Positions 29,101 through 39,694 are shown, counted from the stretch's first letter. The stretch is 64,000 nucleotides of DNA from an uncultured Candidatus Saccharibacteria bacterium (GCA_964510945.1 CAZEED010000001.1:98774-162773), one strand, 5' to 3'. Notes: a model not told the origin generated them from the sequence alone. Made by a program: numbers and translations.

Positions 29101-29976
29101 GAGACTCGCACACCAAAAGGACAGGCTGTATTGTCTGAGCTTGCCGGTACAGTTAATGTTTGGGAAGAGGGCGAAAAATATATTGTCCAAGTAACTTCAG
29201 ACGACAAATCGCGAGTCGATCTAGACCTTAATGATAGAATTGCCAAGATTGAATCTAATACTGAAGTTGGTGTTGGAGATGTAATCGCAATCGGGCCAAA
29301 TGATTCTGACCCACTTGTCGCGCCAGTTGCCGGAAAAGCATCTGTAACTAAGAAAAAGATTAGTATTAGCCCTGTAAGCGAACAGGTTGTGAAATACGAA
29401 ATACCTGGAAATAAGCCAGTTGTAGTCAAAGATGGCGACACTGTAGTAGCCGGACAACGACTAACTGGTGGATCGATTAGCCTACACGAGTTAATGGCAT
29501 TACAGGGCATAGAGGCAACTCAACGCTACATCATGAATGAAATCCTTCAGATCTTTGTATCGCAAGGGCAGAATATTGCTAACAAACACCTTGAAGTAAT
29601 TGTTAGACAAATGTTCTCCAGAGTACAGATAGATGATGCAGGTGATAGTGAATACGTAACAGGTGATATCGTCAGTAAAGTTGATGTGTTAGAGAAGAAC
29701 GAAGAACTAGCTAAGAACAAAAAACAGCTCGTTCAGTACAGTCAATTACTGCTGGGAATCACTAAAGCCTCACTATCAACAGAATCATTCTTGTCAGCCG
29801 CTAGTTTCCAGGATACTACTAGAGTACTTATAGCAGCAGCGACAAGTGGAAAAGTTGATTACCTAAGAGGGCTAAAAGAAAACGTAATCTTGGGACGCAT
29901 GATTCCAGTAGGAACAGGCTACAATGCCTACGACAAAAAAGATGCTACCCCCGTTGACGAAGAAGATGAAAAGTGA
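26164..29976 (+). CDS. rpoC: DNA-directed RNA polymerase subunit beta'
   Basis: RpoC conserved blocks including NADFDGD. ATG 26164 with AAGGAG RBS, overlapping the rpoB stop by 8 nt. Confidence 0.92.
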   Translation: MRRYSHGPDITDFDAVRLAVASSADISDWSYGEVTKPETINYRTQKPERDGLFCERIFGPVKDINPHDAKYKGVRSREAAVDKKGEIVTRSIVRRERMGHIQLASPVAHIWFLRGTPSAMGLLLGLTVKNLERVAYFASYIIKKVDVKKRDQLLTDREAQTDAAKQAIDARYEAEAKKDDANIKALAEMRTKELEELVNEFNEFKEQIDMLVEYGLINEGDYQNLPDNLKEIIEVGMGGNALKQMLDEIELEDLIKQLNEEAEGAKGQRKKKLLKRLRLLESMNRAGIKPNSMCLQVLPVIPPDLRPMVQLTGGRFATSDLNDLYRRVINRNNRLKKLIDLNAPEVICRNEQRMLQEAVDALIDNGNARSGRAVAASGQRRRLKSLSDMLKGKQGRFRQNLLGKRVDYSGRSVIVSGPELKIDQCGLPKMMALELFKPFVIGSLIENDYAHNIRSATRMIELGETPVWDALDEVIKEKYVLLNRAPSLHRLSIQSFKPILIEGKAIQLHPLVCRGFNADFDGDQMAVHLPLSDASQKEAKEIMAANKNLLKPADGSPILHIEQDIVLGCYYLTYIKPGSETKPRAFKSLEEAMMAYDCEYIKLQSAVRVPFRGKVQETTLGRLLFNEIFPEDFEFHNTTMTKKLLGQVMSEVYEKYGQDVTAEIADDLKDIGFEYATVSGLSLGISDFSDIVGLDKKLSEGETKSADISTQYNEGFITDDERYRLTVNNWKTIDSDIQEMLTKQFTQEDSAMATAVTSGARGNIGQVKTAVGMLGITQDTTGRAIELPIRSSYKKGLNPLEYFTATRGARKQMIDTALKTADSGYLTRRLVDVSQDVFTDDEEAPDPGFPVYRSDSIEIGVTLGSRLEGRFAAETVKPHIKKGELITRAIAEMIDKDLSIESVKIMSVLSCSSPRGISRKSYGIDPATGNLVSAYYPVGVVAAQSIGEPGTQLTLRSYHAGGQSVEDITTGLPRVEELFETRTPKGQAVLSELAGTVNVWEEGEKYIVQVTSDDKSRVDLDLNDRIAKIESNTEVGVGDVIAIGPNDSDPLVAPVAGKASVTKKKISISPVSEQVVKYEIPGNKPVVVKDGDTVVAGQRLTGGSISLHELMALQGIEATQRYIMNEILQIFVSQGQNIANKHLEVIVRQMFSRVQIDDAGDSEYVTGDIVSKVDVLEKNEELAKNKKQLVQYSQLLLGITKASLSTESFLSAASFQDTTRVLIAAATSGKVDYLRGLKENVILGRMIPVGTGYNAYDKKDATPVDEEDEK

Positions 29977-29993
29977 TAGGGTTATAGACTGAT

Positions 29994-30407
29994 ATGCCAA
30001 CAATTAACCAACTAATTCGAAAACCTAGAAAACCTGTGACTAAGAAATCAAAGTCGCCAGCGCTTCATCGGGTTGTTAATAACCTAAATACGACTAACTA
30101 CGAAAAGCCATCACCTTTCAAGCGTGGTGTCTGCGTTAAAGTAACAACAAAAACACCTAAAAAACCAAACTCTGCGCTCCGTAAAGTTGCCCGTGTTAGA
30201 TTGACTAATGGTCATGAAGTCTGGGCCTACATCGGTGGCGAAGGGCACAACTTACAAGAGCACGCTGTAGTACTAATCCGTGGTGGTCGAGTAAAAGACC
30301 TTCCGGGTGTTCGATATCACATCGTACGTGGTGCATTAGACCTTCAGGGTGTTTCTGACCGAAAACAAGGCCGATCTAAGTATGGTACAAAGAAGGCGAG
30401 TAAGTAG
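29994..30407 (+). CDS. rpsL: 30S ribosomal protein S12
   Basis: [29 protein letters not shown]. High conservation. Confidence 0.95.
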   Translation: MPTINQLIRKPRKPVTKKSKSPALHRVVNNLNTTNYEKPSPFKRGVCVKVTTKTPKKPNSALRKVARVRLTNGHEVWAYIGGEGHNLQEHAVVLIRGGRVKDLPGVRYHIVRGALDLQGVSDRKQGRSKYGTKKASK

Positions 30408-30884
30408 ATGCCAAGGAAAAAGACCAAAGAACTAATTCGAAAAATTCCTGGTGATCGCTTATACGACAGCGTCATGGTACAACGCGTAATTAATCGTGTA
30501 ATGCTAGATGGTAAAAAACAAGTTGCTGAACGTTTGGTCTATGGTGGTATGCAGGATGCTGCCGACAAACTTAAAGTTAAAAATCCTCTAGAAGTCTTTG
30601 ATAAAGCGCTTGGTAATATCCGTCCAAGTGTAGAGACTAGGTCTAGACGAGTTGGTGGAGCTAACTATCAGATACCATTTGAAGTTAAAGGCCAGAGACA
30701 ATCTCACCTTACAATTATGTGGTTTGTTGAAGCAGCACGTGCACGATCAGGCATGAGCATGAAAGATCGAATCGCCCAAGAGCTTATGGATGCGTATAAC
30801 GAATCCGGTTCAGCAGTTAAAAAACGCGAAGATATGCACAAAATGGCAGAAGCCAACCGTGCCTTCGCTCACTTCGCGAGATAG
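30408..30884 (+). CDS. rpsG: 30S ribosomal protein S7
   Basis: S7 family sequence. Confidence 0.95.
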   Translation: MPRKKTKELIRKIPGDRLYDSVMVQRVINRVMLDGKKQVAERLVYGGMQDAADKLKVKNPLEVFDKALGNIRPSVETRSRRVGGANYQIPFEVKGQRQSHLTIMWFVEAARARSGMSMKDRIAQELMDAYNESGSAVKKREDMHKMAEANRAFAHFAR

Positions 30885-30888
30885 CAGA

Positions 30889-31092
30889 ATGATTTCTGAA
30901 ACTGTCGGACGGTTTAAAAGAAACGTGGCTGATCAATTAGTCCAGCACGAAGATAGGCTAAGAACTTCGTTTGAAGATCAGGAAAATAATATCCGCCTAA
31001 ACTTTGAAGTTGCAGGTTTAAGCGTTGTCCATGCTTTAGCAAGTTTAGCAGTAACAACAGTTGAAATATTAACACCTAGGAGTACAGAATAA
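30889..31092 (+). CDS. Hypothetical small ORF (67 aa) filling the rpsG-fusA gap
   Basis: Starts 5 nt after the rpsG stop. Its stop is immediately adjacent to the fusA ATG. No strong SD. Could be noncoding. Confidence 0.25.
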   Translation: MISETVGRFKRNVADQLVQHEDRLRTSFEDQENNIRLNFEVAGLSVVHALASLAVTTVEILTPRSTE

Positions 31093-33180
31093 ATGGCGGA
31101 CAAAAAATCAGATCTAAAAAATTATAGAAATATCGGTATTATAGCGCATATTGATGCTGGTAAAACTACAACAACAGAGGGTATTCTTTACCGTACTGGC
31201 TTAAAGCACAAAATTGGTGCAGTTCACGAAGGTGAAACGACCACCGACTGGATGGAACAAGAACGCGAACGCGGTATCACCATCACATCTGCCGCGGTTA
31301 CCTGTTTCTGGAAAGATCACAAGATCAACATCATAGACACACCTGGGCACATTGACTTCACCGCCGAAGTTGAACGTAGCCTAAGAGTACTAGATGGTGC
31401 TGTAACAGTATTTGACGGCAAAATGGGTGTCGAGAGTCAATCAGAGACAGTATGGCGTCAAGCGAACAAATATAATGTCCCTCGGATCTGTTTTATTAAC
31501 AAAATTAACCAAACAGGTGGCGATTTCTACAAATCACTTGATACTATTCACGCAAGGTTAACAAAACGTGCTTTTCCGATACATCTACCATTAGGTTTCG
31601 AACAGTCGATTAATGGAATCATTGATCTGATTAGTATGAAAGCATACACCTATAAAGAGTTTACTGATCACGAATTAGTCGAATCAGACATCCCAGAGAA
31701 TATGGCAGATCAGGTAAAGAAGTACCGAAGTCTATTGGTCGAAAACGCAGTAGCCGAAGATGAAAAAATCCTAGAAAAATTCTTCGAAGTTGGAGAAGAT
31801 GGATTATCAGAGGATGAAATAAGGCAAGCCGTCCGAACAGCAACACTTACCAGTGATTTCTTCCCTGTAACGGGTGGTGATGGTCGCGGGGTGATTGTAG
31901 AGAAAGTCCTTGATGCAGTTAATGACTTTTTACCAAGCCCACTAGATCGTGGCTCTGTCTGGGGCACACATCCTAAGAGTGGCGATGAGATTGAAAGAAA
32001 ACCTTCAGAGTCTGAGCCAATGTCAGCTTTAGCGTTTAAAATTGCAACTGATCCTTTTGTAGGTAAATTATGCTTTGTAAGAGTATATTCAGGTAAGTTG
32101 CAGGCAGGATCATATGTCTATAACAGCTCTACAGGCGAAAAAGAACGTGTTGGACGCGTTGTACGTATGCAAGCCGATAAACGAGAAGACATTACAGAGA
32201 TTAGCGCTGGTGACATAGCTGCGATAGTAGGCCTAAAAGGTACTACGACTGGTAATACCCTATGTGACGTAAATAACACAGTTGTACTCGAGAATATTAC
32301 TTTCCCTGATCCACCGGTATCGATTGCCATTGAGCCAAAAACTAAAGCCGATCAAGAAAAGATGGGTATTGCTTTGCAAAGACTAGCCGAAGAAGATCCA
32401 ACCTTCCAAGTAAAGGTTGATCACGAGACAGGGCAAACAATTATTAAAGGGATGGGTGAATTGCACCTCGAAATCATTGTCGATCGAATGAAAAGAGAAT
32501 TTGCTGTTGAGGCTAACATTGGTCAACCGCAAGTTGCTTATCGCGAGACAATCCGAAAAGATGGTGTTGAAGTACAAGGCAAATTTATCCGACAATCAGG
32601 TGGACGAGGTCAATATGGTGACGTTTGGCTGCGACTTTCGCAAAATGAACAAGGTAAGGGCTTTGAATTCATCAACAAAATTAAGGGTGGTGTGATTCCT
32701 GCAGAATATATTAAGCCAGTTGAAGAGGGAATCAAAGAAGCCATGAGCAATGGAGTACTCGCTGGATATCCAGTCGTAGACATCGTTGCCGAACTTTATG
32801 ATGGTAGCTATCATGACGTGGACTCTAGTGAAATGGCCTTTAAAGTTGCAGGATCTATGGCATTACAAGCGGGTGTTAAACAAGCTGCGCCAGTATTACT
32901 AGAGCCAGTGATGAAAGTAGTAGTTGTTACACCTGAAGAGTTTATGGGTGAAGTTATTGGTGACCTTAATAGTAAACGTGGTCGTATCGAGTCTATGGAA
33001 GATCTAACAGCCGGTATTAAAGAAATTACAGCCTTTGTACCACTCGGAGAAATGTTTGGCTACACTACTAATCTACGTAGCAATACACAAGGTCGCGCTA
33101 GCTCAAGCATGGAGCTGGATCACTACGCTGATGTTCCAAGCCACGTAGCCGAAGCAATCATCGCCAAAAACAGTAAATAA
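31093..33180 (+). CDS. fusA: Elongation factor G
   Basis: GTPase motifs ([18 protein letters not shown]). EF-G domains II-V. Confidence 0.95.
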   Translation: MADKKSDLKNYRNIGIIAHIDAGKTTTTEGILYRTGLKHKIGAVHEGETTTDWMEQERERGITITSAAVTCFWKDHKINIIDTPGHIDFTAEVERSLRVLDGAVTVFDGKMGVESQSETVWRQANKYNVPRICFINKINQTGGDFYKSLDTIHARLTKRAFPIHLPLGFEQSINGIIDLISMKAYTYKEFTDHELVESDIPENMADQVKKYRSLLVENAVAEDEKILEKFFEVGEDGLSEDEIRQAVRTATLTSDFFPVTGGDGRGVIVEKVLDAVNDFLPSPLDRGSVWGTHPKSGDEIERKPSESEPMSALAFKIATDPFVGKLCFVRVYSGKLQAGSYVYNSSTGEKERVGRVVRMQADKREDITEISAGDIAAIVGLKGTTTGNTLCDVNNTVVLENITFPDPPVSIAIEPKTKADQEKMGIALQRLAEEDPTFQVKVDHETGQTIIKGMGELHLEIIVDRMKREFAVEANIGQPQVAYRETIRKDGVEVQGKFIRQSGGRGQYGDVWLRLSQNEQGKGFEFINKIKGGVIPAEYIKPVEEGIKEAMSNGVLAGYPVVDIVAELYDGSYHDVDSSEMAFKVAGSMALQAGVKQAAPVLLEPVMKVVVVTPEEFMGEVIGDLNSKRGRIESMEDLTAGIKEITAFVPLGEMFGYTTNLRSNTQGRASSSMELDHYADVPSHVAEAIIAKNSK

Positions 33181-33241
33181 CATATTCATATAAATATATA
33201 GAAAAATCTCAAAGAATTAAATTTCAACACCTAGACAAATG

Positions 33242-34048
33242 CTATTTATTTATATTCGTTCCGTCTCCGAATAATTTACCAGAATTAAAATCAGCGCGCA
33301 TCCCCGTATAATCGCCAGTAGGTAACTGTATACTCCTAACCCTTATTGCAGCAATATCTATAGGATCTCCCATGACCGCTACATACATTCTCGCTTTTAC
33401 TTGTCTATTGACTGGGGTGCCATAGTCATCAGTGTCATATATGTACTCGTTAAAGCCGTAGCAACCTATTCTACGTGCAGTCTTATTACTTTCTTGTCGA
33501 TGGTCATAACTACTATTACTAGTTGTATACCATGATCTTGTTCCTTCTCTGTATAAACGAATGCTAACATGCGTATTCCAACTTTTTGCTTTCCAGCAAA
33601 GCTGTACTGCCATCGGACGATTACGAGTGTTTTCGGGCTTTGGAATGATAAAAGACTTTGATATATAGGTCATTCTTGGCGTATATAGACTAGTTCTAGA
33701 TCTCCAACCATTTATTTTACGCCCTTTAGAATTAGTGGATACTTTGATCTTGTGGCCAACAGACCTCCAATTTACTTGCGGAATACTAGTATCATACTGA
33801 TCTTCATTATTATTTTCTGCTGCTGCGTCGTCGTAGTTGAGTACTTTAATAGGTTTTTTCTCTACTATATCCCCAGCCGGATATGTTTTGCTGTAACCCT
33901 TCGATTGCGCGTCTGAATTTCTGATGTTGAATAAATCATTTTTGTATGCGAATACCCCTAAAGCTAACACTAAACCAATCAATAGCGACATAACTAATAT
34001 TGGTTGAAATCTACGATTTGTAGTTTTAGTTTTATTATTTGACTTCAT
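33242..34048 (-). CDS. Paralog A of an unknown secreted/membrane-anchored protein family (268 aa)
   Basis: Basic N-terminus plus single TM anchor. Conserved GWR, (M/L)A(V/L)xxCW(K/R), (H/Y)R(Y/Q)E, I(G/A)CYGF blocks shared with the two upstream paralogs. Confidence 0.7.
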   Translation of the reverse strand: MKSNNKTKTTNRRFQPILVMSLLIGLVLALGVFAYKNDLFNIRNSDAQSKGYSKTYPAGDIVEKKPIKVLNYDDAAAENNNEDQYDTSIPQVNWRSVGHKIKVSTNSKGRKINGWRSRTSLYTPRMTYISKSFIIPKPENTRNRPMAVQLCWKAKSWNTHVSIRLYREGTRSWYTTSNSSYDHRQESNKTARRIGCYGFNEYIYDTDDYGTPVNRQVKARMYVAVMGDPIDIAAIRVRSIQLPTGDYTGMRADFNSGKLFGDGTNINK

Positions 34049-34080
34049 ATGTTTAGTCTCATTTCAATTATTTAATATAA

Positions 34081-34881
34081 TTATCTTGTGATGTCCGTTT
34101 CGAATTGTCTCAGGTAATATCCATTACTGTCGTGTTCTTGTGGTTTTGTTGGTTCAAAGATTTTAATAGATGCCAGTTCAATGCCACCTTCAGGTACTTT
34201 AATGAAGAGTTTTGCTTTTATGGATTTTTTTATTCTTACCGCGTATTGTCCTCGATGTATTGGCTCACTCTGCGGATGTGATCTAGGTACGACAGATTTA
34301 TAGCCAACATCATAAAAACCCCAGCAAGCAATTTCGCGATACCGATTAGGATCGCTTTCATATCGATGGGTGAAATTTATATGATATGCTCCATCCTTGG
34401 TCCCCCACACTTTATTGATATCTCTACTCAAACGTAGTTTTATGGTTGTATTCTTTTCTAGAGCTCGCCAGCAAACATACACAGCCATTGGACGTTTTGA
34501 TGTAGGAATGGTAAACCATTTACTGAAGTAGACCCATCCTTCGTTATCTAGAGTGTGTTTTTCATCGGCGTGATTCATCCTCCAACCATCAATCATAGGG
34601 CCACCTGGTTTAGCGGGCATACGAATATTCCCGCCTTGAGATTTAACCGATACTAACTTACCTCTGTAATACTTGAATGGTGTGGGTTTGTAATTAACTA
34701 TTTTTCCCGCAGCATAGGTTTTATTATATCGTTTAGAATCCGCCGACGAATCTTTTAGATTCAGCAAATCCATACTAAAAATAACAAGTCCAATTACGAA
34801 TATTAATATAATTGAAAAAGTTATAATTTTTGATTTATTTGATAATTTAAGATCCTTATTTTTCTTTTTTTTGTTTGCCAT
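34081..34881 (-). CDS. Paralog B of the same family (266 aa)
   Basis: MANKKKKNK..signal-anchor..IRMPAKPGGPMIDGWR..MAVYVCWR..IACWGFYD. AAGGA RBS. A8 tract in codons 3-6. Confidence 0.7.
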   Translation of the reverse strand: MANKKKKNKDLKLSNKSKIITFSIILIFVIGLVIFSMDLLNLKDSSADSKRYNKTYAAGKIVNYKPTPFKYYRGKLVSVKSQGGNIRMPAKPGGPMIDGWRMNHADEKHTLDNEGWVYFSKWFTIPTSKRPMAVYVCWRALEKNTTIKLRLSRDINKVWGTKDGAYHINFTHRYESDPNRYREIACWGFYDVGYKSVVPRSHPQSEPIHRGQYAVRIKKSIKAKLFIKVPEGGIELASIKIFEPTKPQEHDSNGYYLRQFETDITR

Positions 34882-34912
34882 ATTTGTCCTTAGCTACATT
34901 TATTAGTTATCT

Positions 34913-35842
34913 TTAATTGGTGATGTCAGATTCAAACTGTCTATCGTAATAATTTGCACCGAGTTTAGATCTTTCAGGCGGTTGTGTTGGGTGAAAAACT
35001 TTTATTGAAGCAATTTCTACTTGGCCACGAACCTTTATATTAATTCTAGCCTTAATGGATTTGGATTTATTCATTTTTTTCATGTATTGCCCTGGATATA
35101 TTGGCTCGTTTTGCGGATGTGATCTAGGCACGACACGTTCATAGGCGATATCGTAAAAACCCCAACATTTTATTTTTTGCCACTCATCGTCACCATGTTC
35201 ATAACGATGTATATAGTTCATTATAGGCGCGCCATTTTTGTCTGACCATAATTCTCGTCTATTCTTGTTACTGAGCGTAGGACCTGCGAATAGAAGTTTT
35301 AATGATGTTTCTTTGCCGGACAATGATCTCCAGCAGACATATAAAGCTAGCGGTTTATCACTCTTGTCTTTTGGGATATTTATTTCTTTTGAAAAATAAG
35401 ACCAGTCAGGTAAATATGTAGTAAGTCTAGGGTTTACAGCTTTTTTATTGGGTTTTAACTTTTTAAAAAGTTTATCGTAGGTTGATGAGTTAACTAATGG
35501 CGATCGCCATCCCTTAATCATAGGACCTCCTGGTTTGGCAGGCATTCTTATGTTCTTTCCTAAAGATTTCATCATTACAAAATCATCGTCGCCGTATATT
35601 CCGCTATCTTTACGAACTTTTGTTTTGCCGTAGTTAACGATTTCGCCGGCTGGGTAAGTTCTATTGTAATTCTTAGAATCTGCAGATGAGTCTCTTAGAT
35701 TCAGCAAATCCATACTATAAATTAATAATGCAAGTACAATTACTAATAAAATTGAAAAAGTTATAATTTTTGTTTTATTTGATAATTTAAGATTCTTATT
35801 TTTCTTTTTTTGTTTGGCATTTTCTCTCCTATACTTAAGCAT
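34913..35842 (-). CDS. Paralog C of the same family (~309 aa from ATG 35842; track TTG at 35869)
   Basis: About 45% identity to paralog B overall, but near-identical DNA over the first ~60 codons and upstream region. Has an A7 tract where paralog B has A8. Confidence 0.65.
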   Translation of the reverse strand: MLKYRRENAKQKKKNKNLKLSNKTKIITFSILLVIVLALLIYSMDLLNLRDSSADSKNYNRTYPAGEIVNYGKTKVRKDSGIYGDDDFVMMKSLGKNIRMPAKPGGPMIKGWRSPLVNSSTYDKLFKKLKPNKKAVNPRLTTYLPDWSYFSKEINIPKDKSDKPLALYVCWRSLSGKETSLKLLFAGPTLSNKNRRELWSDKNGAPIMNYIHRYEHGDDEWQKIKCWGFYDIAYERVVPRSHPQNEPIYPGQYMKKMNKSKSIKARINIKVRGQVEIASIKVFHPTQPPERSKLGANYYDRQFESDITN

Positions 35843-36034
35843 TATACATAACACACTAATTGATTCCAATTTCTTATTTTATGTACTCTATTAACTATAA
35901 TTAAGAGTTAAAAGAATAATCCAAAAATGATTCTTTACTTGTATGCGTATTTTCGCTATTATATTCAGGTATCTCGCGTGAGTATTATATACTTATGCTA
36001 AATAATTAAGTAATTAACAGGAGTAACAACTAAA

Positions 36035-37216
36035 ATGGCAGATTTTGATCGAAGTAAACCACACGTAAACGTTGGAACAATGGGGCACGTTGACCATGGT
36101 AAAACAACACTAACAGCAGCAATTACAGCTGTACTAGCTAAAAAGCTTCCTAGCGACGTTAACAAACCAGTTAAATACGACGAAATTGACAAAGCACCAG
36201 AAGAAAAAGCACGTGGTATAACAATTGCGACATCTCACCAAGAATACGAGAGTAAAAAACGACACTACGCACACGTTGATATGCCAGGTCACGCTGACTA
36301 CGTCAAGAACATGATTACAGGTGCCGCACAGATTGACGGAGCGATTCTAGTAGTATCAGCTGCAGATGGCCCTATGCCTCAAACACGAGAACACGTACTA
36401 CTCGCAAAACAGGTCGGCGTTCCATCGATACTTGTATTCATGAACAAGATGGACCTTGCAGATCCAGAACTAGTTGAACTAGTAGAAATGGACATTCGTG
36501 AACTACTCGGCAAATACGAATTCGACGAGAACGCTCCAATTATTAAAGGTTCTGCAACTAAAGCTCTTGAAGGTAGTGCCGCAGATGAAGATGCCGTTAT
36601 GGAACTTGTCGACAAGATGGACGAATATGTTCCAGAACCAAAACGAGACCTTGATAAAGACTTCTTGATGGCTATTGAAGACGTTTTCTCAATTAAAGGA
36701 CGCGGAACTGTAGCAACCGGTCGTATTGAACAAGGAGTTGTTAAGGTAAACGAAGAAGTTGAAATTGTCGGTATCCATGATACAAAAAAGACTGTTGTTA
36801 CAGGTGTAGAGATGTTTAAAAAGAATCTAGATCAAGGTCAGGCTGGAGATAACGTCGGAATCTTACTTCGAGGTATCGAACGTGATGATATCGAACGTGG
36901 TCAAGTTTTGGCTAAACCCGGTTCAATTACGCCTCACACAGAATTTGACGCAGAAGTATACGTGCTAACAAAAGAAGAGGGTGGACGACACACCCCATTC
37001 TTTAAAGGTTACAAACCTCAATTCTACTTCCGAACAACGGACGTTACAGGTGAGGTAGAACTACCGGCTGATAAAGAAATGGTCATGCCTGGTGATACAG
37101 TAACTTTCAAGGTTAAATTGATCCAACCGATTGCTATGGATCAAGGTCAACGATTCGCCATCCGTGAAGGTGGACGAACAGTTGGCGCCGGTGTTGTAAC
37201 AAAAATTACAAAATAA
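36035..37216 (+). CDS. tuf: Elongation factor Tu
   Basis: [21 protein letters not shown] motifs. Full-length EF-Tu. Confidence 0.97.
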   Translation: MADFDRSKPHVNVGTMGHVDHGKTTLTAAITAVLAKKLPSDVNKPVKYDEIDKAPEEKARGITIATSHQEYESKKRHYAHVDMPGHADYVKNMITGAAQIDGAILVVSAADGPMPQTREHVLLAKQVGVPSILVFMNKMDLADPELVELVEMDIRELLGKYEFDENAPIIKGSATKALEGSAADEDAVMELVDKMDEYVPEPKRDLDKDFLMAIEDVFSIKGRGTVATGRIEQGVVKVNEEVEIVGIHDTKKTVVTGVEMFKKNLDQGQAGDNVGILLRGIERDDIERGQVLAKPGSITPHTEFDAEVYVLTKEEGGRHTPFFKGYKPQFYFRTTDVTGEVELPADKEMVMPGDTVTFKVKLIQPIAMDQGQRFAIREGGRTVGAGVVTKITK

Positions 37217-37251
37217 TAGTCCTTCCGCCACAAGGCAGACGAGAAGCCAAA

Positions 37252-37280
37252 AAGAGCCTCCAAAACAGAGGCTCTTTTCA
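37252..37280 (+). terminator. Rho-independent terminator after tuf (aagagcctc / gaggctctt + TTTC)
   Basis: 9-bp stem, 7-nt loop, T-rich tail. Confidence 0.7.
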
Positions 37281-37402
37281 TATTTATCATTTTGTTATAC
37301 AATACAGTAACAAACTAATCGTAATGACTAAAAGTCGTTGTATATGATCTATTTATCATTGCAAAGATGTTACATTACACCCATAAAGAAAGGTATTTTT
37401 AT

Positions 37403-37789
37403 ATGGCTGAAGCCGATAAGACACAACCAACAAAAAAGCCAGCAGCAAAGTCTGCTGATCTAAAAGAAAAGGCCGTAGCTTCTACGAGTCAAAGGATTCG
37501 GATCCGATTAAAGGCTTATGATCATAAAGTAATTGATCAGGCTACAAAACAAATTGTCGATACTGCAATTCGTACAGGTGCTAATATTGCAGGACCAATC
37601 CCACTGCCAACAAGAAGAACCGTCTATACAGTCGTAAAAAGTCCGCATGTCTTTAAAAAAGGCCGAGAGCAGTTCGAGATGCGTACGCACAAACGACTCA
37701 TTGACGTATTAGAACCAACCCCTAAGACAATTGACTCGTTAATGAACCTAAGTCTGCCCGCTGGTTGCGATGCAGAAATTAAAATGTAG
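37403..37789 (+). CDS. rpsJ: 30S ribosomal protein S10 with ~30 aa Lys/Ala-rich N-terminal extension
   Basis: Core [20 protein letters not shown] 37403 with AAAGAAAGG RBS. Confidence 0.9.
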   Translation: MAEADKTQPTKKPAAKSADLKEKAVASTSQRIRIRLKAYDHKVIDQATKQIVDTAIRTGANIAGPIPLPTRRTVYTVVKSPHVFKKGREQFEMRTHKRLIDVLEPTPKTIDSLMNLSLPAGCDAEIKM

Positions 37790-37798
37790 ATTTCTTGT

Positions 37799-37990
37799 AT
37801 ACTTTTGTGCCGGCAAAAGTATGGCAAAACCTCGGGCTATCCGTTTGTCTTTACATATCTTCTTGTCAATAATCACAACAGCCTGCGGAACTCATCCGCC
37901 TGCTGGCGGACTCAAACAGTCCTCGGCATTCTAGTTGTGATTTTGACGAAGTTAATCAGGACAAGCCGGAGGCCCAAACAACATCATCGA
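37799..37990 (+). ncRNA. Structured RNA-like element, copy 1 (5' module only), homologous to 53015-53220
   Basis: Shared hairpin ATACTTTTG-loop-CAAAAGTAT. Conserved blocks CTCGGGCT, ACAACAGYCTGCGGAACTC, ACAGTCCTCG. One hairpin kept by compensatory change (tccgcc/ggcgga here, ccccgcacc/ggtgcgggg in copy 2). Confidence 0.35.
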
Positions 37991-38013
37991 AAATATAATG
38001 ATACAATACGTTT

Positions 38014-38277
38014 ATGGCAAAAAAACAAAAACGTATAAGAGAAACAGACGATGCATATTTCTTAAAACTAGTATTATTCATGATCTTGGGATCAATGTGG
38101 TTAAAAGTCAGTGATGGTCAATCTTGGCAAATTCCGTTACCCATAGGACTAGTTTTCGGAATACTACTGGCGAGACATGACCATTTTAGGATAGATCGTA
38201 AAATAGAATATGCTGTGCTACTAATTGCAGCGTTTGTGGGTTTTTGGGCGCCAATAGGGATTTATATTAATCTGTAA
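38014..38277 (+). CDS. Hypothetical small membrane protein (87 aa, 2 TM) inserted between rpsJ and rplC
   Basis: Two hydrophobic helices. Weak RBS. Confidence 0.4.
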   Translation: MAKKQKRIRETDDAYFLKLVLFMILGSMWLKVSDGQSWQIPLPIGLVFGILLARHDHFRIDRKIEYAVLLIAAFVGFWAPIGIYINL

Positions 38278-38433
38278 TATACACAACATATTGACAGAGG
38301 TAAGTTATTCGTGTTAATCTGTTATGGTATCAAGAAAAACCTTGGTGATTCTAGTGAAGGTTTGCTCGTTTTAACAGGGGCAAAAACCACATAAGAGCCA
38401 ATTTTTTTATGCAAATAAACGAAAGGTTAGATA

Positions 38434-39057
38434 GTGGACTTTAAGAGTCTTATTACAACTAAAATTGGAACAACAAGCACCATCGCTGAAGATGGTAGTG
38501 TTGAAGCAATTACTCTATTGTCGGCCACACCTAATACAATTACTCAGATAAAGACTGATGAAACTGATGGATACACTGCTATCCAACTAGGTTTTGAAGA
38601 TAAGAATAAATCAAAACTAGGCAAAGCACTTCTAGGACACGTCAAAAAATCTAAAGTAATGCCAAGAATTATCAAAGAAGTGCGTATTAATGAATTAAAT
38701 GAAGAACATAGCGTCGGCCAACAATTTACAGCCGACGTTTTTAGTGTTGGCGACATTGTTGATGCATCCGGTGTAAGTAAAGGAAAAGGCTGGGCTGGAA
38801 CAATTAAACGACACAACTTCCATCGTGGACGTAAAACACATGGTGGACGTAGTTATCGACGACCGGGTTCAATTGGATCAATGTATCCCCAAAAGATTTT
38901 TAAAGGTAAGAAAATGGCCGGACAAATGGGCAACGAAAACGTAACTGTTAAGAATTTAAAAGTTACTATTGTTGACGTTGAAAAGAATATTATTGGGGTA
39001 AAAGGGGCTGTCCCTGGTCCAAAACGCGGTACTGTAGTGCTGAGGGGAGTGAAATAG
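38434..39057 (+). CDS. rplC: 50S ribosomal protein L3 (GTG start)
   Basis: L3 family (KIGTT..EDG..). Conserved glycine-rich loop. Confidence 0.9.
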   Translation: MDFKSLITTKIGTTSTIAEDGSVEAITLLSATPNTITQIKTDETDGYTAIQLGFEDKNKSKLGKALLGHVKKSKVMPRIIKEVRINELNEEHSVGQQFTADVFSVGDIVDASGVSKGKGWAGTIKRHNFHRGRKTHGGRSYRRPGSIGSMYPQKIFKGKKMAGQMGNENVTVKNLKVTIVDVEKNIIGVKGAVPGPKRGTVVLRGVK

Positions 39058-39058
39058 A

Positions 39059-39694
39059 ATGCAAGCCTCAACTTTTACCAAGACTGGTTCAAAAGCTACC
39101 TCAGCTACATCTTTGAATAAAGATATTTTTGGTCTAGAAGTGAAATCTACAGATTTATTGAAAAAAGCATATCTAGCAAACCAAGCAAAAGGGCGACACA
39201 CACCTGCTGTAACTAAACTTCGCGGAGAGGTCCGTGGTGGTGGTCGTAAGCCGTGGAGACAAAAAGGCACTGGTAATGCACGTGTTGGCTCGATTCGTAG
39301 CCCAATCTGGCGTGGCGGAGGGATAACCTTTGGCCCAACAGGAAATGAGAATCACGAAATTAGAATGTCTAAAACTGAGAAACGCACTGCTACAAAACAG
39401 GCATTGAGTCTAAAAACTAAAGATATATGTGTAATTGACAGTTTTGATATTAAAGATAAACCAATGACTAACAAAGTCTCCAAAGTTTTAGACAAAATTG
39501 CACCGAATAAGAAATTTCTAGTTGTGATTGATAAATCAGATGATACAACAAGCCAAACTTTCCGAAATATAGAGAAGGTTAGACTAATCACCGCTAATTC
39601 ACTTTGTGTCGCAAATGTACTCGATGCAGACAAAATACTCGTTACTAAAGACGCGCTAGCATTAATCTCAGAGAACTTAGGAGCTAAAAAATGA
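39059..39694 (+). CDS. rplD: 50S ribosomal protein L4
   Basis: L4 family sequence ([17 protein letters not shown]). Confidence 0.92.
   Translation: MQASTFTKTGSKATSATSLNKDIFGLEVKSTDLLKKAYLANQAKGRHTPAVTKLRGEVRGGGRKPWRQKGTGNARVGSIRSPIWRGGGITFGPTGNENHEIRMSKTEKRTATKQALSLKTKDICVIDSFDIKDKPMTNKVSKVLDKIAPNKKFLVVIDKSDDTTSQTFRNIEKVRLITANSLCVANVLDADKILVTKDALALISENLGAKK

Noticed and set aside
30790-31092. 100-aa ORF overlapping the 3' end of rpsG
   Set aside because: The 5' third overlaps rpsG in another frame. Only the post-stop portion (30889-31092) is retained as a low-confidence small ORF.
37805-38038. 77-aa ORF overlapping structured element copy 1
   Set aside because: The homologous copy 2 has no ORF, and conservation is at RNA-structure level. 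Translation is unremarkable and there is no RBS.
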